From a virus, in the IMG/VR virus record IMGVR_UViG_3300045988_122441: 64,000 bases of DNA. The stretch is one strand, 5' to 3'. Positions within the stretch are counted from its first letter, which is position 1. The number at the start of each line of letters is the position of its first letter. Shown here piece by piece: positions 56,474 to 63,949 of the stretch. The notes below the pieces were generated by a model that did no database searches, was not told the DNA's origin, and saw only the letters and a program-made list of their open reading frames with translations. Made by a program: the position numbers and the translations under genes.

Positions 56474-56486
56474 TTGATTATCAATG
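56474..56486. promoter_or_regulatory. palindromic operator-like site TTGATTATCAATG (copy 2)
   Basis: Same 13-mer as 56166-56178. ATTGATTATCAAT is a perfect 13-bp palindrome. Confidence 0.4.
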
Positions 56487-56678
56487 AAGCATAAGAAAAT
56501 CCAATAACCAGCGGTGAGCCTATGTGAAAACAAGGCTGATTTTGGGAGTTTAAGCTGTATGTGGGAGATGAAGCGACTTCCTTACAATAGCAACAGACAG
56601 CAAGCAAAAATACCATAACTACCGCCCTATGTGATATAGTGTGAAAAGGGAACATAGATATATAGAATTGCAAATAGT

Positions 56679-56698
56679 TTTTCCTAGTGGGTTACGGT
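56679..56698 (+). promoter_or_regulatory. isolated copy of the 20-nt core TTTTCCTAGTGGGTTACGGT
   Basis: Identical to the core of each 59-bp tandem repeat at 58058-58234. Sits 27 nt upstream of the -35 box at 56725. Confidence 0.5.
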
Positions 56699-56724
56699 AA
56701 AGAATGAAACGTTATAAAATTAGC

Positions 56725-56753
56725 TTGACATTTCTATATATTCATGTTATGTT
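56725..56753 (+). promoter_or_regulatory. sigma-A-type promoter for the rightward gene block
   Basis: TTGACA (56725-56730), 17-nt spacer, TATGTT (56748-56753) preceded by TG. About 80 nt upstream of ATG 56835. Confidence 0.5.
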
Positions 56754-56834
56754 ATAGTTCCAAGCTACAAATTTACAAACAATCAAACAACCACAACCGC
56801 AACAGCGGAACACAAGAAAAGGAGACAAAGCGAA

Positions 56835-57989
56835 ATGACAAAACAGCAGACAGCAACAACAACCACAACAACAGCGTTTGAAACATTACTTGTAAACTTC
56901 TGTAACGAATACAGAAAAGACCGCAACAGCACAACTTTCACAGAAGTAGCAACAGACCTTGCAACAGCTATTGCATACTCAGTAATTAGAAAATGTCTTG
57001 ACCCACAAGCGAAAAGCGGAAAAACTAGCAACAGCGGTTGCAACCCTCAGTTAGAAGAAGTTAAAAGAAGCATTTACAGAGACACGAACACATTAAAGAA
57101 CATTGATTACAGTTGTGAAAAAGCATTCACAACAGTGTACAACGAAGATGGAGACAGACAGACAAAGACGTTAGACAGTGACTATAGATACGCATACAAC
57201 AAACTTACACAACAGACACTAGGGGATGGGATAGACCTTGTAAACACTGCTATCGTTTCACTTCTGGACGAATGCACAAAAGTAGACACGACAACAGAAA
57301 ATTTTCTTGAAACGGTGTACACCGTCCGCAAACTTAAAAAGAAAGTTTGGATTAAAGTGTCTGACAGCGTGAACGGATGGGAAACGGTGGAAACTTCCCC
57401 GATTCGTGAAGTATACAAGGCAGTTCGCCGCGAGGTTGCAAATAACCGTTCTTTAAATATTGATCCGTCGAATGGTTACCTGTACTTGGAAGATTTAGCA
57501 AAGGACGAAGAAAGCAACGAAGAAACAACCGTATATAGAAGATTAAACAAGTATACAGATCTAGCCGGAAACGTTACAGACTTTAATGGGGCGGTCAAAT
57601 TTGAAACTGTAGACAGTGGAAGCGTTGCGGACTATGACAAGATGACAGAAGCGTTAGAACTGACAGCACGACAGGCACAAGTATTACAGTTACGCATGTC
57701 GGGCTATGGTTGCGTTGCAATCGGTACATATTTAGGCGTTAAAGAAGAAAGTGTTAGAAGCGTATTACAGACAATACAGAAGAAAGCGGTTGAAAAACTT
57801 TCTTTACCGTCTTACCTTGTCGAAGCAATGACAGCACCAACAGCACCAAAAAGCAAATTGACAGACGAAGACAAGAAAGCAATTAGAAAAATGATTGAAG
57901 ACGGTCACACAATGAAATTTGTAGCAGACTTTTACAACGTTTCTAAAATGACAATTAGTAGAATTGTAAACGGACGCAAAGACAGATAA
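56835..57989 (+). CDS. sigma-factor-like / HTH transcription regulator
   Basis: AAGGAG precedes the ATG. Region-4-like HTH (LTARQAQVLQLRMSGYGCVAIGTYLGVKEESVRSVLQTIQKKA) plus a second C-terminal HTH (FVADFYNVSKMTISRIVNG). Confidence 0.5.
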   Translation: MTKQQTATTTTTTAFETLLVNFCNEYRKDRNSTTFTEVATDLATAIAYSVIRKCLDPQAKSGKTSNSGCNPQLEEVKRSIYRDTNTLKNIDYSCEKAFTTVYNEDGDRQTKTLDSDYRYAYNKLTQQTLGDGIDLVNTAIVSLLDECTKVDTTTENFLETVYTVRKLKKKVWIKVSDSVNGWETVETSPIREVYKAVRREVANNRSLNIDPSNGYLYLEDLAKDEESNEETTVYRRLNKYTDLAGNVTDFNGAVKFETVDSGSVADYDKMTEALELTARQAQVLQLRMSGYGCVAIGTYLGVKEESVRSVLQTIQKKAVEKLSLPSYLVEAMTAPTAPKSKLTDEDKKAIRKMIEDGHTMKFVADFYNVSKMTISRIVNGRKDR

Positions 57990-58001
57990 AGCAACAGTGA
58001 A

Positions 58002-58033
58002 AAGGGCGGAACACAACCGCCCTTTTTCTTTTT
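58002..58033 (+). terminator. rho-independent terminator
   Basis: AAGGGCGG-aacacaa-CCGCCCTT, followed by TTTCTTTTT. Confidence 0.8.
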
Positions 58034-58057
58034 GGATACAGTCCAAAACGTAACCCA

Positions 58058-58234
58058 CACGACAGCCGACAACTTCACAGGGGTTTTCCTAGTGGGTTAC
58101 GGTTGACAGTGTGGAACACGACAGCCGACAACTTCACAGGGGTTTTCCTAGTGGGTTACGGTTGACAGTGTGGAACACGACAGCCGACAACTTCACAGGG
58201 GTTTTCCTAGTGGGTTACGGTTGACAGTGTGGAA
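58058..58234 (+). repeat. three perfect tandem copies of a 59-bp unit
   Basis: Unit CACGACAGCCGACAACTTCACAGGGGTTTTCCTAGTGGGTTACGGTTGACAGTGTGGAA at 58058, 58117 and 58176. An inverted CGTAACCCAC lies at 58049-58058. Confidence 0.9.
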
Positions 58235-58239
58235 CACAA

Positions 58240-59040
58240 ACAAAAGACAGAGCGAAAAGGCTGAGAACTCAGAGAGTTCGCCTATGTCAGATGTGCGGTA
58301 TATAAATATGATCTGACATAGTACATAAACCGCCATGATTAATAAGTTTCTAAAGAAGAGTCTCTCTATATTGAGGGGCTTTTCTTTATGGGCTTATGTC
58401 CATACGACTGTGAGGTCTACCTGCTCACAGGTAATAAGTGCATATACCGGTATCTTTCGGGGTATCGTGAGGGCTACCTGTGTGATAGGAAATAAGTGAA
58501 CTATACCAGTTGAAGCGTTCAATATGGGAAATCCGGCAAAAGGACGCTATACAAATAGTTTCGGTGAGCCGACCTACCGACGGCTTTAGAATATCGGCAA
58601 AACTCTGCGGTTATCGTGGATTCCTTTAACCGATTTGAGGGAGTACATCTGCTATCAGATGCGTCGATGGTGCATGAGAGTTAGGCTCATGGTTTCGAGA
58701 TAGTGAAAATCCCCATAGTTCGGCAGTTCGTTAGATGTGAAACTTTGCCGCATAATCCTGAGTGCGTCAACATGAGGGATAGCAGGAAAAATCTGTTGAG
58801 GTTTCCAATCGTAGTGGTATCAGTACCCGAGGGTACATCGGCTATGTTCCGAGGAATTAAATGCCGGACTATTGCGGGATTTCCGATGCAGACGGAGTAT
58901 AGCGAAATAAAACTGAATATTAAGCGGAGTGTGCAAACATTCCGATAAACCTATATTGAGCGTCCGAGATTGTGTATATCGCATGGTTTCGGGCGTTCTC
59001 TTATGGGCTTATCCCATGTAACAAAGAAAATAGAGAATCC
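58240..59040 (+). ncRNA. candidate large structured non-coding RNA region (family unassigned)
   Basis: About 800 nt with only one weak GTG-started ORF. Appears more GC-rich than neighbouring DNA (by eye, not counted). Many hairpins. Two long stems (58356-58383, 58960-58996) pair fully only in plus sense because they need G-U pairs. An internal duplicated ~60-nt module is present. Confidence 0.4.
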
Positions 59041-59056
59041 AGGAGGAAAATCATTA

Positions 59057-59799
59057 TGGCAGAAAGTAAGAAAACAAAAGCAGAACTTCGTGAGACTGCT
59101 GAGGCTCTGTGCAGAGAGTATAACGACAATATTCAGAATGGGAATTTCCAGGAAACTACCAGACTGAACGACGAAATCGAGCAGGCGGTAAATGAGTATA
59201 CATCTATCGCAAAAGAAGAGTGCTTCGAGGCTCTCAAGGCAACTGAAAATCCTATGCTTGAGGCTGTAAAACAGCTGACATTCCCGACAATCCGTGCAAG
59301 AGATACAAAGCAGGGTGACGAAAAGATTCCGGTTAGGGTAATTGAGGATATCGAGAGACCTATCGACCTGCTGAAATTACATAAGGCAACTGAGGGTGGT
59401 ATCGGCGCAGACAAGAACTGGGCTTATAAGGTGGAGAAGCTGAACTTCCTGCTGACTGCTCAGAAAGCAAAGGATCTGGGTATCGACCCGAAAGAGGTAA
59501 ATGACAGCTTTGCTATGGCTGACATTTCTAAGGAAATCGACATGGGTAAGAATCCGACATCAAAGACAAACCTGCTGAAAACTCTGAACGTAGTTATTCA
59601 GGCTATGATCGGAGAGGAATATAAGGCGGTATCTCATGACGTGAACTTCCTGATGTCCGTATTTTCACGGAAAAATCGTGCGGCTTTAACTGTATCATGT
59701 GCAAACCACAAATATATGCGCCAGTATTGTGCGGAAATTTGTCACCGTATCGTAATGGGCGAGACTTACAAGATCGAGTTCCGCAAGATTCGTAAGTAA
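59057..59799 (+). CDS. hypothetical protein
   Basis: AGGAGG at 59041-59046, then ATG 59057 (MAESKKTKAELRE..). The ORF-track start at 58972 lies inside the structured region and is unlikely. Confidence 0.55.
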
Positions 59800-59810
59800 T
59801 CAGGGGATTT

Positions 59811-59867
59811 CCCACACTGATGAGCCGGAATAACGGCGAAACCGTCGGGAATCCGGCGGTCTGTGGG
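59811..59867 (+). ncRNA. hammerhead self-cleaving ribozyme (stem I open, type I topology)
   Basis: Stem I CCCACA / UGUGGG. Core CUGAUGA. Stem II GCCG-gaauaa-CGGC. GAAA. Stem III CCGUCGG-gaau-CCGGCGG. Then UC, with predicted cleavage after C59861. Every invariant core position is canonical. Confidence 0.85.
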
Positions 59868-59923
59868 TATTACACAAATAGCGAAAACCGATAGGTAAAA
59901 GCAGAAAGTGAGGCAATCAATCT

Positions 59924-60358
59924 ATGAGTGCAATGAGTATTGAGGAAATGCGGGAATATATGTCCCGTCCGGAGGGAAATTGTTGGGTAGGCGTGAGCAT
60001 GGCTAATGGCAATACAGCCATGGTTTCTCGCTACGGAATCACAGAGGAATTTATCTGTGAGTATGATGGGGAATCTTACGGTGATGAGATGGAAACTGAC
60101 GATCTGGACAAGGCTTTGAGATGGTTATGGAATCGCAAGGCAAATAAGGGTGGTATGAGTTTCTTGGTTTTCCGTCGGAGAGTTGAGCAGATGGTTAAAC
60201 GAGCTGGCGGTGGGATTTCTGTATCGTACAGAGCCGACCGGGAAAATGGCAGGCATATCGCAAGCTGCTCTGATGGTACAAAAATCATCGGTAGCACAAG
60301 CAGTTTAAAGGTTTCTGTTCGCTGGGGTTCCGGTCACGCAGCAGTGGCGGAATTGTAG
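59924..60358 (+). CDS. hypothetical protein
   Basis: 144-aa ORF after the ribozyme. No motif recognised. Confidence 0.5.
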   Translation: MSAMSIEEMREYMSRPEGNCWVGVSMANGNTAMVSRYGITEEFICEYDGESYGDEMETDDLDKALRWLWNRKANKGGMSFLVFRRRVEQMVKRAGGGISVSYRADRENGRHIASCSDGTKIIGSTSSLKVSVRWGSGHAAVAEL

Positions 60359-60384
60359 GCGGCTGTGAAAAGAGGTGTTTATGC

Positions 60385-60597
60385 GTGGGAAAAGCATATT
60401 TCACTATGCAGGAAATTCAGACATTAAAGCTGTATGAGTTGCCTACGAGGATTTATGAGGCAATTATCAGCGAGTTAGCACTTATCTTATGCGGTGGGGA
60501 AATCCTGCCGCTGATGTTACACGCAATAGTAGACAATGCAACATTAGCAGATTTAGATCAGTATGTAGATATCTATAAATTTGTGAAGATTATTTGA
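60385..60597 (+). CDS. small hypothetical protein
   Basis: 70 aa. GTG start 7 nt after AAGAGGTG. Confidence 0.4.
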   Translation: MGKAYFTMQEIQTLKLYELPTRIYEAIISELALILCGGEILPLMLHAIVDNATLADLDQYVDIYKFVKII

Positions 60598-60890
60598 TGA
60601 GGTTAATTATGCATTACACAGAATTTGATGAATGCGACGGAATGAGTCGCGAGGAATGGTTAGAATATCGCAGGGAAATCAGCAGAGAAGAACGAGAAGA
60701 AGAAGTTGAGCATCAAACGAAAATGATTTTTCAGAGGTTAATTGGAATTGGAATGCTCTTGCTTAGCGTTCTGATTTTCGTGGTCGCAAGCCATGCACAG
60801 GTAAGAGGTGACTTAGATGGTACTCCTCTTTTTATCACAGTACCATTGGGATTATACATGCTGTTCTCAAAAGAGTGCTGCATAGTTTAG
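60594..60890 (+). CDS. small membrane protein
   Basis: Acidic N-terminus and two hydrophobic helices (GIGMLLLSVLIFVVA; PLFITVPLGLYMLF). An alternative ATG start is at 60610. Confidence 0.45.
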   Translation: MMRLIMHYTEFDECDGMSREEWLEYRREISREEREEEVEHQTKMIFQRLIGIGMLLLSVLIFVVASHAQVRGDLDGTPLFITVPLGLYMLFSKECCIV

Positions 60891-60900
60891 GAGGTGCGCT

Positions 60901-61491
60901 ATGAAAGTATATAGAACTTCCGAGGTTTTAGCCGGAGGTAAATACGAGGTAGGCGATATCGTCAGTTACACAATGGAAGATGGCGAAGAAGTAGAGGCAT
61001 TAGCAGTAAAAGAGGAATTTGATAAACATGGGAATCTATGTATGGTATTCATACTTTTGGATTGTCTGAAAGAGGAATGCCGGATGAACCGTGATGATAC
61101 GAATGATGGAGGGTATGAGGAATCATATCTGAGAGAGCAACTCAGGACGGAATATCTTGAAAGATTTCCGGCATCATTGCGGTTGAATATGGTTCCGTTT
61201 GAAAACGGAGATCTGCTGAGAATCCCTACGGAACGTGAAGTTTTTGGAGAGAACAGATACGGTGAGGAAGAGCCGGATACGGTAGAACAATTCGAGGCGA
61301 TGAAAAAGAGAAGGAACCGTATGGCACTTGATGGGTCAAATGGTGGAACTCAGGCTTATTGGTTACAGAACAAACGTGTGAGGTCTGCGACTTACTTCTG
61401 TTGTGTGAACACCAACGGCTATGCGAACACCAACAACGCGTCTAATTCTCTTGGCGTTCGTCCGCTTTACAGAATCCGTAATTATCGGTAA
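60901..61491 (+). CDS. DGR target 2: small protein with a C-terminal C-type-lectin-fold variable region
   Basis: AGGAGG precedes ATG 60901. The C-terminus YWLQNKRVRSATYFCCVNTNGYANTNNASNSLGVRP is encoded by VR2. No signal peptide seen. Confidence 0.8.
   Translation: MKVYRTSEVLAGGKYEVGDIVSYTMEDGEEVEALAVKEEFDKHGNLCMVFILLDCLKEECRMNRDDTNDGGYEESYLREQLRTEYLERFPASLRLNMVPFENGDLLRIPTEREVFGENRYGEEEPDTVEQFEAMKKRRNRMALDGSNGGTQAYWLQNKRVRSATYFCCVNTNGYANTNNASNSLGVRPLYRIRNYR
61376..61464 (+). repeat. DGR variable repeat 2 (VR2), remote from the cassette
   Basis: 89 nt aligned to TR (14150-14062, minus sense). Eight differences, all at TR adenines. All non-A positions are identical, including the 3' GGCGTTCGTCCG. 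Confidence 0.85.
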
Positions 61492-61495
61492 TCTA

Positions 61496-61513
61496 GCCAC
61501 CATTTATGGTGGC
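61496..61513 (+). other. hairpin 5 nt after the target-2 stop
   Basis: GCCACCA-ttta-TGGTGGC, 32 nt downstream of the VR2 end. Possible DGR target-recognition hairpin or terminator stem. Confidence 0.4.
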
Positions 61514-61541
61514 GATTGGCTTTCAAAACGGAGGTGATCTG

Positions 61542-61691
61542 ATGGATTTAACGGTAAGGTTTTTGGTTGTAGAAACCAATACGGTAGTCGATAAAACATT
61601 TGATAACTACTTAGAATGCAAGCGGTTCGTTAATAAATGCAGGCATTCAAGAAAGATACAGTTGATATTTTACCCTACATTCAGGGATTAA
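61542..61691 (+). CDS. small hypothetical protein
   Basis: GGAGGTG lies 6 nt before ATG 61542. The ORF-track start at 61506 lies inside the hairpin. Confidence 0.4.
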   Translation: MDLTVRFLVVETNTVVDKTFDNYLECKRFVNKCRHSRKIQLIFYPTFRD

Positions 61692-61705
61692 GGAGAAATG
61701 GGAAT

Positions 61706-62209
61706 ATGTCAGAGAAAAAGAATAAAAAAAATTCAGTTGCACAGAGAATCATCATGGTTATTACGGCAGTTGTAATCGCGACATGTCTTGTGGGATTTAC
61801 AGCTACTCACGATAAATCTATACAGAATACATACGAATTCAACGGTGAGGAAATTACTGTTGATTATTCAGAAGCAGAAGAGTTCTTTTTAAAGGATTTT
61901 GAAAAAAGATATTACTTATATCGTCTGTATGATGCGAGCAATTTAACTGCGGATATATTAGAACACAGAAACGGAGATGTGATCGTCGAGAGATGCGTGG
62001 GAATTGTGACTGACGCAGAAACTGGCGATGGTATGATTTTAAACTCCGACCCGGATAGTTACTATATTTCGTACTCAAGGGTAGACGGAGTAAAAACCGG
62101 AACGGTAGTTGTGTCTTACATGGTGTATAGCACTACAGACAATTTTATTGACGGAATCGAAGAAAGATACGATTACGTGATATCGAGGGAATACGAACAG
62201 GAGGTATAA
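61706..62209 (+). CDS. N-terminally membrane-anchored hypothetical protein
   Basis: AAGGAG precedes ATG 61706 (MSEKKNKKNSVAQRIIMVITAVVIATCLVGF..). Confidence 0.5.
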   Translation: MSEKKNKKNSVAQRIIMVITAVVIATCLVGFTATHDKSIQNTYEFNGEEITVDYSEAEEFFLKDFEKRYYLYRLYDASNLTADILEHRNGDVIVERCVGIVTDAETGDGMILNSDPDSYYISYSRVDGVKTGTVVVSYMVYSTTDNFIDGIEERYDYVISREYEQEV

Positions 62210-62212
62210 GGT

Positions 62213-62494
62213 TTGATTAAAGAGGATATTATAACACAGATTGCAGCCGACACAATGACACGAAAAGTTCTTGTAGAGGAAGTTGTCAATTCTTTCTTAG
62301 ATAATATCGAGAAAGCTATGGTTAATGGTGACAATGTAATCATTAGAGGATTTGGTACATTTCAGACGACGGAAAGAAAAGCGAAAGTCGGAAGGAATAT
62401 CAAGGCTGGTATTCCGGTAAGAATTCCTGCTCACATTGAGCCTGTGTTTAAGCCGAGCGAGGCACTGAAGAAAAAAGTATACAGAGAGGTATAG
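62213..62494 (+). CDS. HU/IHF-family DNA-binding protein
   Basis: TTG start. ..IIRGFGTFQTTERKAKVGRNIKAGIPVRIPAHIEPVFKPSEALKKKV is a classic HU signature. Confidence 0.8.
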   Translation: MIKEDIITQIAADTMTRKVLVEEVVNSFLDNIEKAMVNGDNVIIRGFGTFQTTERKAKVGRNIKAGIPVRIPAHIEPVFKPSEALKKKVYREV

Positions 62495-62497
62495 TTT

Positions 62498-63109
62498 ATG
62501 CAGAGAATAGATGTAGAATCGTCCGAAATCTGGGATTACAGCCTAGAACATGAGGATGAATTATCAAAAAATCAGCATCTGATGGCTGAGAACGATGATT
62601 ATGGGATGGAAGTCTGGCTGACAATGGCTAACGGATCTCCGGAACTCATTGTTGAATGCGACGGTAATGAAATTTATCGAGAAGATATATTCAATGAGAA
62701 AGATGCAAAAAGGACAGCCGATCGGATATACGATGATTATTTAAGTATTAAAGCAATCGAAACAATGACGGATTCGGAAGATAAAACGGTTTATATCGAA
62801 GATGAATCCGAGGATGAGTATGACGATGAGCAGATGTTAATAGATGAAAGAGAGGAAGAAATTGATGCAGCTGTTAGAGATCTTGTGAATATTGTATCGG
62901 ATACAGGATGCTACAATCTGACAGATGAGGCTGTAGATGATTTAAAAGAACACTTTCTTGAGTATATGCATCGGAAATTGGGAATCAGTATCTACAGACC
63001 AATGTATCTTGAAGACGCAGACACTGGAGAGGATTACTTTACTGAGTATCCTTACGATGACATGGTTTTTGAAGACGATAATCCAATATACAAGCAGGAC
63101 AAAAATTAA
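62498..63109 (+). CDS. highly acidic hypothetical protein
   Basis: 203 aa with long Asp/Glu runs (SEDEYDDEQMLIDEREEEID). Confidence 0.5.
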   Translation: MQRIDVESSEIWDYSLEHEDELSKNQHLMAENDDYGMEVWLTMANGSPELIVECDGNEIYREDIFNEKDAKRTADRIYDDYLSIKAIETMTDSEDKTVYIEDESEDEYDDEQMLIDEREEEIDAAVRDLVNIVSDTGCYNLTDEAVDDLKEHFLEYMHRKLGISIYRPMYLEDADTGEDYFTEYPYDDMVFEDDNPIYKQDKN

Positions 63110-63158
63110 CCACAACAAGCCGACGATCTTTTCGTCGGTATGCTTACCTATGCTCGGC
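63108..63158 (+). repeat. 51-bp element, copy 1 (contains the hairpin CCGACGA-tctt-TCGTCGG)
   Basis: AACCACAACAAGCCGACGATCTTTTCGTCGGTATGCTTACCTATGCTCGGC is identical at 63950-64000. Confidence 0.85.
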
Positions 63159-63231
63159 TTCCGGGATGCCACCCAAGCGTAAGCGGATAACGCTAACGGA
63201 GTAAATATTAGAGAAAAAAGGAGAAATCATC

Positions 63232-63621
63232 ATGGCAAAAGTAAAAACAATGGGACAGGCAATCGTAGTAGTATCTGAGGTAAAACTGGAAGACATCAAG
63301 AAAATTCAGAAGTATCGTCCGGAGGCACTGGTTCTCAAAGGTGGCGAGGATAACAAAGAAGAAATCTTTAGAATCGGAATCGGTGACGGCAAGATCAATA
63401 CATACGGAGCTTCCTTCTGCGAGGAAACCCGTGATGATGAGAAGCTGGCGACCATTACCATGACAACAAACTACAATGGTGACGATATCAAAGGTTTCAT
63501 CGCTGATGAACTCGGCGGCGCTCTGACAAACCTCGGAAAACTGGAAAAGACACTCCCGGCAGTTCTGGATTCTATCGACAAGGAAAGAACAGCCATCATG
63601 GAAGGTATTACAATCGCCTAA
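63232..63621 (+). CDS. hypothetical protein
   Basis: AAGGAG precedes ATG 63232. 129 aa. Confidence 0.5.
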   Translation: MAKVKTMGQAIVVVSEVKLEDIKKIQKYRPEALVLKGGEDNKEEIFRIGIGDGKINTYGASFCEETRDDEKLATITMTTNYNGDDIKGFIADELGGALTNLGKLEKTLPAVLDSIDKERTAIMEGITIA

Positions 63622-63641
63622 TTCCGGCAGCTCTGGCTACC

Positions 63642-63672
63642 GCTTAACTGCGGTAGCCGGTTTTCAAAACAG
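63642..63672 (+). terminator. rho-independent terminator
   Basis: GGCTACCGC-ttaact-GCGGTAGCC, a perfect 9-bp stem, followed by GGTTTTC. Confidence 0.7.
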
Positions 63673-63719
63673 AATATGGTTCAAGTACATAGTTTTTAAG
63701 AAGAAAAGGAGATCAAACC

Positions 63720-63947
63720 ATGATTAAAGTTACAGTAGGAAATAACGTAAGAAGAAACAGCGTAATCGTAGACGAGCAGACAACTCTGAGAGCAGTTCTT
63801 GAGGACAATGACATTGATTACACAAAAGGAACAATGCATATGGACGGTTCCACACTGGAGCCGGGTGACCTGGATAAGACATTCGAGGAAATGGGGATCA
63901 AAGAGAAGACCTTCCTGCTGAATGTGGTAAAGGCAGACAATGCATAA
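63720..63947 (+). CDS. small hypothetical protein (possibly beta-grasp-like)
   Basis: AAGGAG precedes ATG 63720. 75 aa. Confidence 0.45.
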   Translation: MIKVTVGNNVRRNSVIVDEQTTLRAVLEDNDIDYTKGTMHMDGSTLEPGDLDKTFEEMGIKEKTFLLNVVKADNA

Positions 63948-63949
63948 TT

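Noticed and set aside
58058-58234. Possible CRISPR array
   Set aside because: The three 59-bp units are directly abutting and identical, with no unique spacers. No cas genes or leader are present. This is a tandem repeat, not a CRISPR array.
58703-58948. 81-aa plus-strand ORF inside the structured region
   Set aside because: GTG start without an SD, Arg/Cys/Pro-rich odd composition, and it spans several perfect RNA hairpins. More likely non-coding.
58240-59040. tmRNA, RNase P RNA or a second hammerhead in the structured region
   Set aside because: There is no tRNA-like 3' end (GGUUCGAnUCC..ACCA), no CUGAnGA..GAAA core on either strand, and no RNase P conserved regions that I could recognise.
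63140-63210. Twister-like ribozyme (CCCAAGC and GGAUAA strings after the 51-bp element)
   Set aside because: Only short strings resemble my memory of twister. I could not build the required P1/P2/P4 stems and double pseudoknot.
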